Assembly: GCA_030603365.1 (NCBI GenBank)
Contig: JAUVXV010000010.1
Coordinates: forward strand, 1-64,000
Length of the DNA stretch: 64,000 nt
Origin: Candidatus Heimdallarchaeota archaeon
GTDB taxonomy: Archaea > Asgardarchaeota > Heimdallarchaeia > Heimdallarchaeales > Heimdallarchaeaceae
Direction: 5' to 3'
Each line of letters begins with the position of its first letter. Position 1 is the first letter of the stretch. Of the stretch, positions 1 through 10,309 are shown piece by piece. Under the pieces are notes generated by a model, which was not told where the DNA came from, made no database searches, and saw nothing but the letters and a program-made list of their open reading frames with translations. The position numbers were made by a program, and so were the translations under genes.

Positions 1-127
1 ATTCTTCAGTAGATTCTTCAGTAGATTCTTCAGTAGATTCTTCAGTAGATTCTTCAGTAGATTCTTCAGTAGATTCTTCAGTAGATTCTTCAGTAGATTC
101 TTCAGTAGATTCTTCAGTAGATTCTTC
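1..127. repeat. 12-bp tandem repeat (ATTCTTCAGTAG)x10 plus a partial copy; encodes (STEE)n on the minus strand
   Basis: Directly visible perfect repeats; may continue beyond the window edge. Confidence 0.97.
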
Positions 128-727
128 CTCTACTTTTTCTTGCTTTTCGTCTTCAGACTTTGAGAGAAGTTCTTCAAGTTGTTGTTTATCTTCAACAGAT
201 AACGAAGACATGGCTTCTTGACTCTTTTTCATAATTTCTCCTATAATGAGTGTATAGAGAAAAGGGAGGAGAGCGCTAGAATTTGAAAAGGCTTCAAAAT
301 GATCTTGAGCTCTTTGTCGTGCTAATGCCAAATTTTCTGAAGTCATTGTTCCCTCTCCTAAACCAGGAGAATCACTATCAACAAGATAATATTTTTCCCC
401 ATTATAGGCTAAAGGATAAGCTGCACAGTGAATTGGCATAGTAGAATAGACATTGCATATCTTATTATTGTGATCATAAAGAGGACAACCTGAGGGACTA
501 GGATCATTTTCAGTTACAGGTTTCTTTAGTTTTAGTTTTACATAAACTGGAGGTGTTTCTTCTAAATGTATGAAAGGCATAGCATATTGTAGTGTACCAT
601 CATTTATCCAACGTTGCAAATCTTCCAAATAGATTGGTATATCTTCCCATTTCTCACAACATTGTCCACATTTAGTACAGTTATGAATATATTTTTTTTG
701 TTCCTTTGAAGGTTCAGAATCACTCAT
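1..727 (-). CDS. YkgJ-family (Fe-S/Zn cysteine cluster) protein with C-terminal STEE repeats; runs off the window start
   Basis: Not in the ORF track. Manual translation from ATG at 727 gives MSDSEPSKEQKKYIHNCTKCGQCCEKWEDIPIYLEDLQRW...CPLYDHNNKICNVYSTMPIHCAAYPL, i.e. CxxCGxCC and CP..C.....P..C..YP motifs. Confidence 0.8.
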   Translation of the reverse strand, partial: MSDSEPSKEQKKYIHNCTKCGQCCEKWEDIPIYLEDLQRWINDGTLQYAMPFIHLEETPPVYVKLKLKKPVTENDPSPSGCPLYDHNNKICNVYSTMPIHCAAYPLAYNGEKYYLVDSDSPGLGEGTMTSENLALARQRAQDHFEAFSNSSALLPFLYTLIIGEIMKKSQEAMSSLSVEDKQQLEELLSKSEDEKQEKVEEESTEESTEESTEESTEESTEESTEESTEESTEESTEESTEE

Positions 728-802
728 GTTATCACTTACTAGAGGAGATAGAATTTTTACAAAAAATAAATCTTGTTCTATAGGTATCAATAAAAAAAGA
801 GA

Positions 803-1444
803 CTATTCCCCATAAATTTCTCGTTTTATAGTCTCAAAAATACCATCAATGTTCTCATACATTTGCTCAGATTCATCGATTGCAGATATAGCTTCCCAAT
901 AGTGCCCACTACTTGGATATCTTTCTTTAAGATGGCTCCAAGCTGTTTGATAATGTTCCTTGATAAGTTGATCAGCTTTTCCTTTACTATAATCCAGAAG
1001 ATCCAATTTATTTACCACTAAAAAGAAAATTGCTTTTACTTTTCTAGCTTTTCTCTCAGCTCTGACAACATCATCATCCAAAGTCATTAGATAATAATTA
1101 GACACTTGGGTTAGAGCATCGATTTGGACTTTTGAATCCTGTGTAGGATCAATTAGAAAAATTATACCGTTTGTGTTATAGTCAGCCAAAGCTTTTTTCC
1201 AATATGGCCATAAGCTCATATCTCCAGGACAATCTATTGCTCTAGCTCTATAGCTACGATATTTTTCCAAACTTAGAGCTGATTTATAGGATTGGCTCCT
1301 TAAACGGATTGTTTTTTGGTGGACTTCAATACTTGTTGTAGGGCTTATATCCTCAATACTTTCACCCTTTAAACGCCTTATAAGGGTCGATTTCCCGGCT
1401 CCTGTATTCCCGAGAATTGTCACACTCAAATCTCTTGTTAACAT
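803..1444 (-). CDS. Small GTPase (Ras/Arf/Rab-like superfamily)
   Basis: G1 GNTGAGKS, G2 PT, G3 DCPG, G4 NKLD, G5 ISA. Confidence 0.9.
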   Translation of the reverse strand: MLTRDLSVTILGNTGAGKSTLIRRLKGESIEDISPTTSIEVHQKTIRLRSQSYKSALSLEKYRSYRARAIDCPGDMSLWPYWKKALADYNTNGIIFLIDPTQDSKVQIDALTQVSNYYLMTLDDDVVRAERKARKVKAIFFLVVNKLDLLDYSKGKADQLIKEHYQTAWSHLKERYPSSGHYWEAISAIDESEQMYENIDGIFETIKREIYGE

Positions 1445-1674
1445 TTACAACATTTAATTTGTCTTTTTCAAACTATTTCAACTTTTCTTAAACTGTAATG
1501 TATTAAAAAAATGAAAACAGGAACGTACACAAATTACGCACATTATAAATATATACTCTAAGACTGAAATGATATTATTAACATTAGTTTAATTATATAA
1601 CTCTATACGCAAATAAAACTTTATATAATTAGTTGATACGCGTCGCACAGCGCTAAATATAGTGGTTCATATAT

Positions 1675-1998
1675 ATGAATATTTCACTAGAAAGGAGAAG
1701 GAAAAAACCGGAATGGCCGGCTTTCATTGATATTAGCGAATATAAAATTAAAGCACACCATTGTCACATAATCAAAGAAAGATGTAAGGAATGTGAATGG
1801 TGCATCATATATTGTCCTGAACAGATTTTAGAAAAATCAGATGAGATTAATGCTAAGGGATACCATCCTCCAAGACTGATTAAAGGGAAAACATTTGATG
1901 ATTGTGCTGAATGTCATTTTTGTGAATTGATATGTCCAGAATTCGCTATATTTGTAGAGGTTCTGGAGGAAGAAGAAGGAAGTGAAAATAATGAGTAA
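1675..1998 (+). CDS. korD: 2-oxoacid:ferredoxin oxidoreductase delta subunit (2x[4Fe-4S] ferredoxin)
   Basis: CKECEWCIIYCP and CAECHFCELICP motifs; N.KGYHP motif; first gene of the operon. Confidence 0.85.
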   Translation: MNISLERRRKKPEWPAFIDISEYKIKAHHCHIIKERCKECEWCIIYCPEQILEKSDEINAKGYHPPRLIKGKTFDDCAECHFCELICPEFAIFVEVLEEEEGSENNE

Positions 1999-3151
1999 TC
2001 AAGATTCAGAAATACCAGTTGTGTTAACAGGACAACACTACACCACAGGTAATCATGCAGCTGCAGAAGGTTCCATAGCAGCTGGATGTAGATTCTTTGG
2101 AGGATATCCAATAACCCCTAGCTCAGAGATCGCAGAACATATGGCACTAAGATTGCCAAAAATAAATGGAAATTTCTTACAATTTGAAGATGAAATAGCT
2201 TCAATTGCAGGAGTTTTAGGAGCATCATGGGGAGGAGTCAAAAGCATGACAGCAACATCCGGACCAGGATATTCGCTAATGGTGGAAAACATAGGTCTAG
2301 GTTTGATGACAGAGACACCATGTGTAATTATAAATGTACAAAGAGGTGGACCATCAACAGGATTGCCCACATTAATTGGACAACAAGACATTATGCAAGC
2401 AAGATGGGGATCACATGGAGATTATGAAATTATAGCACTTTCACCAAGTAATGTTCAGGAATGTTTTGATCTAGCTCTCGAAGCTTTCAATTTTTCAGAA
2501 CAATACAGATTACCTGTAACACTCTTGATGGATGAAGTAATAGGTCATATGAGTGAGAAACTTATCGTACCACCAAAGGAAGAACTTACGATAATTTCCA
2601 GAAAAAAACCAACAGACCCTCCTGATAAACATCTACCTTACAAAGCAGATGATAGCCTGGTACCCCCAATGGCTACTGCAGGTGAGGGATATAGGGTAAT
2701 GGTTACAGGGTTAACTCATGATGAAAGAGGTTATCCAGATTTATCACCAGAAGCTCAAGATAAAGCTGTTAGAAGGATTAATGATAAGATTAGACTTAAC
2801 AAAGACAAGATAATCAAATTAGAAGAATATATGTTGGATGATGCTAAAACAGCTTTAGTGTCTTTTGGAACAAGTGCAAGAGCTGCAAAAGGTGCAGTAA
2901 ACAGAGCAAGAAAGAAAGGAATCAAAGTTGGGTTACTAAGATTAATCACTTTATGGCCTTTTCCAGATGAAAAAATAGACCAACTAGCAGATCAAGTTGA
3001 TAAAATCATCATCCCCGAAATAAACTATGGACAAGTAACTAGAGAAGTAGAGAGAGCAGTTCACGGAAAAACTGAGGTTAAAGGAGATTTCAGACTTGGA
3101 GGAGCAATACACACTCCACAAGAAATCCTTAAAGAAATTGAGAGGAATTAA
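1982..3151 (+). CDS. korA: 2-oxoacid (2-oxoglutarate-type):ferredoxin oxidoreductase alpha subunit
   Basis: GYPITPSSE, EDEIAS, TATSGPG and QRGGPSTGLPT motifs. The true start may be ATG 1991. Confidence 0.92.
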   Translation: MKIMSNQDSEIPVVLTGQHYTTGNHAAAEGSIAAGCRFFGGYPITPSSEIAEHMALRLPKINGNFLQFEDEIASIAGVLGASWGGVKSMTATSGPGYSLMVENIGLGLMTETPCVIINVQRGGPSTGLPTLIGQQDIMQARWGSHGDYEIIALSPSNVQECFDLALEAFNFSEQYRLPVTLLMDEVIGHMSEKLIVPPKEELTIISRKKPTDPPDKHLPYKADDSLVPPMATAGEGYRVMVTGLTHDERGYPDLSPEAQDKAVRRINDKIRLNKDKIIKLEEYMLDDAKTALVSFGTSARAAKGAVNRARKKGIKVGLLRLITLWPFPDEKIDQLADQVDKIIIPEINYGQVTREVERAVHGKTEVKGDFRLGGAIHTPQEILKEIERN

Positions 3152-3153
3152 AA

Positions 3154-4020
3154 ATGTCAGAAGAAGAATTTCAATTAATTGAAGCAGATGCCCATCCCTT
3201 GGATGGCTATCTAAGAGAAGGAAGAATACCACATATATTCTGTCCTGCTTGTAGTTTAGGTTCTGTAACCAATATTCTAATTGAAGCTATAAAAGAAGCA
3301 GAATTTGACAGGAAAAAAATATCTGTTGTTTCAGGGATAGGATGTACAGGTAGAATAGCTGGGTATCTCAATTTTGATAGTTTCCATACAACCCATGGAA
3401 GAGCAATACCTTTTGCAATCGGATTAAGTGTAACAGATCCAGAACGTAAAGTTATAGTGATATCTGGAGATGGGGATCTCTTTGCAATTGGAGGGAACCA
3501 TTTCATTCACGCTGCTAGAAGAAATGCAGATATAACAGTAATTTGTGTTAATAATTTTAATTATGGTATGACAGGGGGTCAAGCTGGTCCTACAACTTAT
3601 GTAGGCCAATATCAAACAACCGCACCTTATGGTGCTGTTGAAGAACCATTCAACCTTCCTGATTTAGCTGCATCTTGTGGCGCAGTCTATGTTGCTAGAT
3701 GGTCAGCACTAGATGTTAGAAGAATGAAAGATTCATTCACAGAAGCTTTATTGAAAAAGGGTTTTACATTCGTTGAAGTTTTAGGTAGTTGTCCCACAAC
3801 ATTTGGTCGTAGAAATCAATTAGCTGAAGGGAAAAAAATCCTAGAATATTTCAAAGAAAAAAGCGAAATTCAACATGGAGCTGATACAAAAACTGTCAGA
3901 ATCGATAAAGACAGTCAAATCATTGTAGGTAAATTCGTTGATATCAAAGATAAAAAAACCCTCACAGATCATTTAATGGCAATTCAACGAATGAGTAAAG
4001 CTACTGGAAAAAAAGGGTGA
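3154..4020 (+). CDS. korB: 2-oxoacid:ferredoxin oxidoreductase beta subunit (TPP-binding)
   Basis: SGIGC, HGRA and GDGD...NN..YGMTGGQ motifs. Confidence 0.92.
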   Translation: MSEEEFQLIEADAHPLDGYLREGRIPHIFCPACSLGSVTNILIEAIKEAEFDRKKISVVSGIGCTGRIAGYLNFDSFHTTHGRAIPFAIGLSVTDPERKVIVISGDGDLFAIGGNHFIHAARRNADITVICVNNFNYGMTGGQAGPTTYVGQYQTTAPYGAVEEPFNLPDLAASCGAVYVARWSALDVRRMKDSFTEALLKKGFTFVEVLGSCPTTFGRRNQLAEGKKILEYFKEKSEIQHGADTKTVRIDKDSQIIVGKFVDIKDKKTLTDHLMAIQRMSKATGKKG

Positions 4021-4026
4021 TATAAA

Positions 4027-4572
4027 ATGGGTAGAGTAGAAGTACGATTTGCAGGATTTGGAGGTCAAGGAATAGGATTAATGGGAAGATTGGTAGGGGA
4101 AGCTGTTGCTCTCTACGAGGGTAAGAATTCTGTAATGACACAAAGTTATGGTCCAGAAAGCAGAGGAGGAGCAAGCAGTGCTGATGTAGTTATAGATACT
4201 GAAGACATTGACTTTCCAAAAGCAACTGACCTTGATTATTTCGTAGTAATGTCTGAAGAAGCTTATTCAAAATATATCCCCAGATTGAAGAAAGGTGGTA
4301 TACTCTTTGTTGAAGAGGGGTTAGTGACTCTTGATGAACAAGCTGATAAAGCAAAGAAAATATTTAAAATACCAGCCACAAAAATAGCAGAATCATTAGG
4401 CAGTCGTCTTTATGCCAATATAGCAATGCTTGGATTTCTGTGTGCTAATACTAAGGAAATTGTTTCGGAAGAAGCATTACTAAAAGTGATGAAAACGAAG
4501 ATTAAAGCTAGATTCGTGGAAAAGAATTTAATTGCATTTCAAAAAGGAAAGGAACATCAACAAGAAGGATGA
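4027..4572 (+). CDS. korC: 2-oxoacid:ferredoxin oxidoreductase gamma subunit
   Basis: GFGGQG and SYGPESRGG motifs. Confidence 0.9.
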   Translation: MGRVEVRFAGFGGQGIGLMGRLVGEAVALYEGKNSVMTQSYGPESRGGASSADVVIDTEDIDFPKATDLDYFVVMSEEAYSKYIPRLKKGGILFVEEGLVTLDEQADKAKKIFKIPATKIAESLGSRLYANIAMLGFLCANTKEIVSEEALLKVMKTKIKARFVEKNLIAFQKGKEHQQEG

Positions 4573-4573
4573 A

Positions 4574-5017
4574 ATGATGATACAGGAACAAAAAGGAGAG
4601 TTTGAACCAAACATCATAGGTTTTCTGTGTAACTGGTGTAGTTACGCAGGTGCTGATCTCGCTGGAACAAGTAGAATACAATATCCACCAAATATCAGAA
4701 TCATAAAAGTAATGTGCTCAGGTAGAGTCAATCCAATGTTTGTTGTAAATGCACTACAGCAAGGAGCAGATGGAGTTTTAATAGGTGGATGTCATCCTGG
4801 AGATTGTCACTACCAATCTGGAAATTACTTAGCAAGACGAAGAATGGCGGTATTGAAAGTATTGCTAGAGCAGCTAGGTATTGAACCAGATAGAGTAAAA
4901 ATGACATGGGTTTCAGCTGCAGAAGGGAAAAAATTTGCACAAGTTATAGAAGAGGTTACTCGCGATATTAAAAAGCTAGGTCCTATGAAAAAGATAAGGA
5001 GAGATAACGAATGGTAG
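4574..5017 (+). CDS. mvhD: MvhD/FlxD-type [2Fe-2S] hydrogenase-associated subunit
   Basis: FLCNWCSYAGAD, VMCSGRV, GCHPGDCHY and WVSAAEG motifs. ATG 4574 is preferred over TTG 4532. Confidence 0.9.
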   Translation: MMIQEQKGEFEPNIIGFLCNWCSYAGADLAGTSRIQYPPNIRIIKVMCSGRVNPMFVVNALQQGADGVLIGGCHPGDCHYQSGNYLARRRMAVLKVLLEQLGIEPDRVKMTWVSAAEGKKFAQVIEEVTRDIKKLGPMKKIRRDNEW

Positions 5018-5997
5018 ATCAAAAACAACTTATCAAAACTGCAAAGGAAATAGTATCTCGAGAAGATGTGAAATATATTGTAGGATATAAACAAGGAACT
5101 TACGGTTTTGTAACAAGTCCTGCATTCGCATATACTCCTGAAGATGTTGAAAGTTTCATTTACAATCCATTATGTAAGAAGAATCTAGCAGTTTATCCTA
5201 TTTTAGAAGAAAAACTACCGTTAAAAAGAGGAGAGGAAGAGGACAAGAGAAAAATAGGTCTTGTTGTAAAGGGATGTGATTCTCGAGCTCTGGTACAGAT
5301 AATCCAAGAGAAGGGATTGGTAAGAGAAGACCTTGTTATAATTGGTATTCCTTGCAAAGGTGTTATAGATCTAAAGAAAATTGAAAAAAGATTCCCAAAT
5401 CAGACTGAAGTGGTTGATGTTGAAGAGAATGATAACAGCGAGTATATCATAAAAATAGGTGATACTGTTCACACAATACCTAAAGAAGAATTATTATCAG
5501 AAGTTTGCAAAAGCTGTGAATTTCCAAATCCTCCACTATATGATTTCCTTATGGGAGAGGAAGTCGAAGTAAGAGAAAAAGAAGTATATAGTGGTCTAAG
5601 GGGTCTCGATGAAACTCCTATAGAAGAAAGATGGGCATATTGGGAAAAACATTTTCAAAATTGTATTCGCTGTTATGCTTGTAGAGAAGCATGTCCATTA
5701 TGCTATTGTAAAACATGTATGGCAGATATGCTTGATCCACAATGGATTAGACGTTCAGTGAATCTCTCCGAAAATACCGCATGGAATATAATGAGAGCTT
5801 TTCACCTTGCAGGACGCTGCATAAGTTGTGGAGAATGTGAGAGTGTATGTCCTGCAAATATTCCTTTGATGGAATTGAACAAAAAGCTTGAGAAAGACGT
5901 CAAAGAGATGTTCAAGTACACAGCCGGATTAGACACAGAAGAAAAAACACTATTTGGGACATTTAACCCTGATGATCCCAATGAGTTCATAATGTAG
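5011..5997 (+). CDS. FlxC-like 4Fe-4S protein (FrhB/FdhB-related)
   Basis: KGCDSR, CIRCYACREACPLCYC and HLAGRCISCGECESVCP motifs; position in an Flx-Hdr cluster. Confidence 0.75.
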   Translation: MVDQKQLIKTAKEIVSREDVKYIVGYKQGTYGFVTSPAFAYTPEDVESFIYNPLCKKNLAVYPILEEKLPLKRGEEEDKRKIGLVVKGCDSRALVQIIQEKGLVREDLVIIGIPCKGVIDLKKIEKRFPNQTEVVDVEENDNSEYIIKIGDTVHTIPKEELLSEVCKSCEFPNPPLYDFLMGEEVEVREKEVYSGLRGLDETPIEERWAYWEKHFQNCIRCYACREACPLCYCKTCMADMLDPQWIRRSVNLSENTAWNIMRAFHLAGRCISCGECESVCPANIPLMELNKKLEKDVKEMFKYTAGLDTEEKTLFGTFNPDDPNEFIM

Positions 5998-6005
5998 GTG
6001 AGAAA

Positions 6006-7031
6006 ATGGAAAATTTAGTTATACAAACTGAAAAATTATCTGAATGGGTAAATGAAATAATTAAGAAAAACAAAGTTTTTGCACCTGTAAAAGAAACTGA
6101 TTTTTCAAATTTCAAGATAGTTAATGATTACTCTGAGATTGATTTATCCTTCTTGCTCCCAATGGTTCCTGCTAAAAAAATATTATTCAAACAAACTGAA
6201 ACTCTGTTTTTATTTACTCCTGGATCAAAAGGAGAAGTTAAATCAAAAGAAATCAGTGATGAAAAGCTTGTAATTTTCTCCATTCGTTCTTGTGATGCTA
6301 AAACATTCTCAATACTTGACCCTGTGTTTCTAGGTGATTATGTAGATCCATTCTACAAAAAAAGAAGAGAAAACAGTATTCTCATTGGTTTGAGCTGTAA
6401 TAAACCTAATGTCAATTGTTTCTGCACATCTTTTGGAGATAGTCCTGCTTCTAGAGATTATGTAGATATTCTATTGACTGACCTAGACGGTAAATATTTA
6501 GTTGAAATTGTTACTGAAAGAGGGAAGAAGTTTATTGATGATTATAAAAAATTCTTCGCTTCTGCTTCAAAAGAAGATTTAGAAAGCAAAGAAAAAGTCG
6601 AAAAATTGGCTATAGAGGGAATCACCCGTAAAATGAAACTTGAGGGAGTTTCTGAGAAATTAGGTAAGATGTTTGAGCATCCTATCTGGTATGAAAATGC
6701 TATGAAGTGTATAGGATGTGGAACATGTACTTTCGTATGTCCAACATGTCACTGCTTTGATATGCAAGATGAAAGCACTTTGAGAGAAGGAGCTAGAATA
6801 AGAGTGTGGGATTCATGCATGTACCCCGAGTATACTCATCATGCTTCTGGACATAATCCACGACCTGCTAGAATGAATAGGGTACGAAACCGAATTTATC
6901 ACAAGTTCAGCTATTATCCAACTAATGAAAATATTGTAGGTTGCACAGGCTGTGGAAGATGCATAGATTATTGCTCTGTTAATATAGATATTATAGATAT
7001 AATAAATGAAGTGGGGGAGGCAAAACTATGA
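6006..7031 (+). CDS. FlxB / AsrA / sulfhydrogenase-beta-like 4Fe-4S protein
   Basis: RSCD, CFC, CIGCGTCTFVCPTCHCF, WDSC, HKF and CTGCGRC..YC motifs. Confidence 0.8.
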   Translation: MENLVIQTEKLSEWVNEIIKKNKVFAPVKETDFSNFKIVNDYSEIDLSFLLPMVPAKKILFKQTETLFLFTPGSKGEVKSKEISDEKLVIFSIRSCDAKTFSILDPVFLGDYVDPFYKKRRENSILIGLSCNKPNVNCFCTSFGDSPASRDYVDILLTDLDGKYLVEIVTERGKKFIDDYKKFFASASKEDLESKEKVEKLAIEGITRKMKLEGVSEKLGKMFEHPIWYENAMKCIGCGTCTFVCPTCHCFDMQDESTLREGARIRVWDSCMYPEYTHHASGHNPRPARMNRVRNRIYHKFSYYPTNENIVGCTGCGRCIDYCSVNIDIIDIINEVGEAKL

Positions 7032-7894
7032 CAAAAAGTAGTGATAGCAAAATTAGTATTCAGAATCCCTACGAACCTTGGTTAGCAGAAGTAGAAAAAA
7101 TAACCAAAGAAGTTGGAGGAGCTCGTGCAATAAAAACATACAAACTAGTTCTTCAAGATGAGGATGCTAAGAAGAATTTCAATTTCATTCCTGGACAATG
7201 TGTAATGATAAGCATATTTGGTAAAGGAGAGAGCATGTTTGCAATCTCCTCTTCGTCTACACAAAAAGATTACATTGAAGTTAGTGTAATGAAACATGGT
7301 AAAACAACAACAGCACTTCATGAAATTGAAGAAGGAGACATAGTTGGATTAAGAGGTCCATATGGCAATAATTTTGATGTTAAAGGATGGGAAGGAAAGA
7401 ATATCGTTTTGATTGGAGGAGGAATAGGACAAGCTCCTTTACGATCTGTTTTGAATTACATTTTAGACAATAGAGAGAAATATGGTACTTTAGATGTAGT
7501 ATATGGCGCTAGAACATCTAAAGATATCTGTTTCAAAGAAGAATTTACAGAATTAGAGAAGAGAGATGATGTAAGTGTCCATCTTTCTATTGATGTTGAA
7601 GAAGAAGGATGGGAAAAATATGTGGGATTTGTCCCTAATAATCTGATGGAAGTAAAACCATCTAGTGAAAATGCAATAGCTATAACATGCGGACCACCGA
7701 TAATGATTGAATATGTAATTCAGAATCTGTTAAAACTTGGTTTCAATGAAAAACAGATTTTTACAACATTGGAGATGCGGATGAAATGCGGTATTGGTAT
7801 TTGTGGAAGATGTAATATAGGTAATCTTTACGTCTGTAAGGATGGACCTGTTTTTTCATATGAACAACTAAAAGGACTTCAAGGAGATATGTAA
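7028..7894 (+). CDS. FlxA / AsrB-like FAD- and NAD(P)-binding [2Fe-2S] subunit
   Basis: PGQ, RGPYGN, GGGIG.AP, CGPP.M and MKCGIGICGRC...CKDGPVF motifs. Confidence 0.85.
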   Translation: MTKSSDSKISIQNPYEPWLAEVEKITKEVGGARAIKTYKLVLQDEDAKKNFNFIPGQCVMISIFGKGESMFAISSSSTQKDYIEVSVMKHGKTTTALHEIEEGDIVGLRGPYGNNFDVKGWEGKNIVLIGGGIGQAPLRSVLNYILDNREKYGTLDVVYGARTSKDICFKEEFTELEKRDDVSVHLSIDVEEEGWEKYVGFVPNNLMEVKPSSENAIAITCGPPIMIEYVIQNLLKLGFNEKQIFTTLEMRMKCGIGICGRCNIGNLYVCKDGPVFSYEQLKGLQGDM

Positions 7895-7907
7895 GGAAAG
7901 TGAAAAA

Positions 7908-9875
7908 ATGAAAATTGGAGTATATATTTGTGAGTGTGGAAGTAATATAGCAGGCACAGTTGATACAGAGAAAGTAGCTCAAAGTGCTGAGCCACTACCC
8001 AAAGTTGCTGTGAGTAGAGTGTATAGGTATGCATGCTCAGAACCAGGTCAAAATCTGATTACTCAAGATATAGAAGAACTTGGTTTAGATAGAGTTATTG
8101 TTGCTGCATGCTCTCCCAGTATGCACGAACCAACATTTAGAGCATTACTAAGGGAAAAAGGTTTGAATCCTTATTTGTTAGAAATGGTAAATATCAGAGA
8201 ACAATGCTCATGGGTACATTCAGATAAAGATCAAGCAACAGATAAAGCAATTTCTCTTCTAACAAGTGCAATACTACGAAATACACTTATGAAACCATTA
8301 ACACCAAAGAAAGTTGGTGTAATTAATAAAGCTCTAGTAATTGGGGGGGGAATAGCAGGGATTCAATCAGCTTTAGATCTAGCTGAAGTAGGTTATCAAA
8401 CATATCTAGTTGAAAAAACACCAAGTATTGGAGGTAAAATGGCTCAATTAGATAAAACTTTTCCAACACTTGATTGCTCAGCGTGTATTTTAAGTCCTAA
8501 AATGGTAGATGTAGGTCGTCACCCAAACATCACTTTATTAGCAAACAGTGAAGTCATTGAAGTGGATGGTTATGTTGGTAATTTCAATGTTAAGATAAGG
8601 AAGAAAGCAACCTATGTAGATCCAGTTAAATGTACTCTCTGTGATGAATGTGTTCCAGTGTGTCCAGTAATTGTTCATGATGAGTATAATGCAGACCTTT
8701 CACCACGAAGAGCAATTTATATACCATTTCCACAAGCGGTTCCTGCAACTTATATCATTGATGAAGAAGCTTGCTTAGGAATTGATCCACTTATTTGTGC
8801 AAAATGCAGAGATGTATGTGGCCCCGATGCAATAGACTTCGATATGAAACCGGAGATTATAGAAGAGGAATTTGGAGCAATTATTGTTGCTACAGGTTAT
8901 GAACCATATCCAATCGAAAATATTGGTGAGTATGGTTATGGTACAATTCATAATGTTATTTCAGGATTAGAATTTGAACGCATCATTTCTGCTAGTGGTC
9001 CAACAGATGGAGTTGTAAGAAGACCTTCTGATGGTAAAGTACCTAAGACTGTAGTATTTATTCACTGTGCCGGATCTAGAGATCCTGCTAAACATCTTCC
9101 TTATTGTTCAAAAGTTTGTTGCATGTATTCTACAAAACACGCTTTACAATACAGACATCTTGTTCATGATGGAACAGCAGTTAATTTCTATATCGACATC
9201 CGTACAGCTGGTAAAGATTTTGAAGAGTTCTATCAAAGAGCAGCTGAGGAAGACGGTGTCATCTATATCAAAGGTAAAGTTTCTGAGTTAATAGAGGACG
9301 GTGACCAAGTCTTAGTTAGAGGTGTAAATACTCTTACTTCTGAAACTGTTGAGATGCATGCAGATCTAGTTGTACTAGCTACTGGACTTATTCCAAGTGA
9401 AGGAACAAGACAGATTGCTAAGATGCTAAAGTTACCTGTAGATAGTACGGGGTTCATTAGAGAAGCACATCCAAAACTTAAACCAGTTGATACAGTAATT
9501 TCTGGAGTGTTTTTAGCTGGAACAGCATCTGGTCCAAAAGACATTCCTGAAACAGTATCACATGCAAGTGGTGCAGCATCTAGAGCTAGCACTATTTTAG
9601 CTCAAAAAGAATTAGAGATTGAAGCTACAATTGCAAATGTTAACGAGATATTATGTCGTGGATGTGGAATGTGTGTTGATAGCTGTCCTTATAGTGCTAT
9701 TGAGTTGGTAGCGAAGAATAGTTTTGGTCACACCATCAAAGTTGCAAGTGTAAATGAAGCACTTTGTAAAGGGTGTGGAACCTGTTCAGCAACATGTTTG
9801 AATGGAGCAATAAATCATCTTGGTTATACAGACAGTCAAATTCTCGCTCAAATTCAAGCCTTAGGAGGAAAATAG
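7908..9875 (+). CDS. hdrA: Heterodisulfide reductase subunit A (electron-bifurcating flavoprotein)
   Basis: YICECG, NIREQCSWVH, GGGIAG, KTFPTLDCSACI and YCSKVCCMY motifs; C-terminal ferredoxin motifs. Confidence 0.95.
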   Translation: MKIGVYICECGSNIAGTVDTEKVAQSAEPLPKVAVSRVYRYACSEPGQNLITQDIEELGLDRVIVAACSPSMHEPTFRALLREKGLNPYLLEMVNIREQCSWVHSDKDQATDKAISLLTSAILRNTLMKPLTPKKVGVINKALVIGGGIAGIQSALDLAEVGYQTYLVEKTPSIGGKMAQLDKTFPTLDCSACILSPKMVDVGRHPNITLLANSEVIEVDGYVGNFNVKIRKKATYVDPVKCTLCDECVPVCPVIVHDEYNADLSPRRAIYIPFPQAVPATYIIDEEACLGIDPLICAKCRDVCGPDAIDFDMKPEIIEEEFGAIIVATGYEPYPIENIGEYGYGTIHNVISGLEFERIISASGPTDGVVRRPSDGKVPKTVVFIHCAGSRDPAKHLPYCSKVCCMYSTKHALQYRHLVHDGTAVNFYIDIRTAGKDFEEFYQRAAEEDGVIYIKGKVSELIEDGDQVLVRGVNTLTSETVEMHADLVVLATGLIPSEGTRQIAKMLKLPVDSTGFIREAHPKLKPVDTVISGVFLAGTASGPKDIPETVSHASGAASRASTILAQKELEIEATIANVNEILCRGCGMCVDSCPYSAIELVAKNSFGHTIKVASVNEALCKGCGTCSATCLNGAINHLGYTDSQILAQIQALGGK

Positions 9876-9890
9876 AGGAGATAGAAGCTA

Positions 9891-10301
9891 ATGTCATATG
9901 AATATATCAAATTCGGAAAAGAAGAAAGAGAATTCAGACAGAAGATAGAAGAAATCTCTGGTGAGAATATCTTTAGCTGTTATCAATGTGGCAAATGTTC
10001 TGCAGGTTGTATGTTTAGTGATAAGATGGATAGAACTGTTAATCAACAAATCCTTCGCATTCAACTTGGACAAAAAGAGAAAGTTCTTTCAGCAAACACT
10101 CATTGGGTTTGTGCTAGTTGTTTAACATGCTCTGTTCGCTGTCCTAGAGATATAGATGTAGCTGCAATCATGGAAGCTATTAGAGAATACACCCTTCGCG
10201 AAGAACCTGAAAAGATCAAAATATCAGAGTTACCCAAGAAAGTACTTGAAAAGCTACCAAACATTGCGTTGGTTGCCAATTTTCGCAAAAAAACAGGATG
10301 A
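9891..10301 (+). CDS. hdrC: Heterodisulfide reductase subunit C
   Basis: CYQCGKCSAGC and WVCASCLTCSVRCP motifs. Confidence 0.9.
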   Translation: MSYEYIKFGKEEREFRQKIEEISGENIFSCYQCGKCSAGCMFSDKMDRTVNQQILRIQLGQKEKVLSANTHWVCASCLTCSVRCPRDIDVAAIMEAIREYTLREEPEKIKISELPKKVLEKLPNIALVANFRKKTG

Positions 10302-10309
10302 TGAAGTAA

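Noticed and set aside
1-127. Possible CRISPR array
   Set aside because: The 12-bp units are contiguous with no spacers and lie in-frame in a CDS. No repeat-spacer array or cas genes were seen anywhere in the window.
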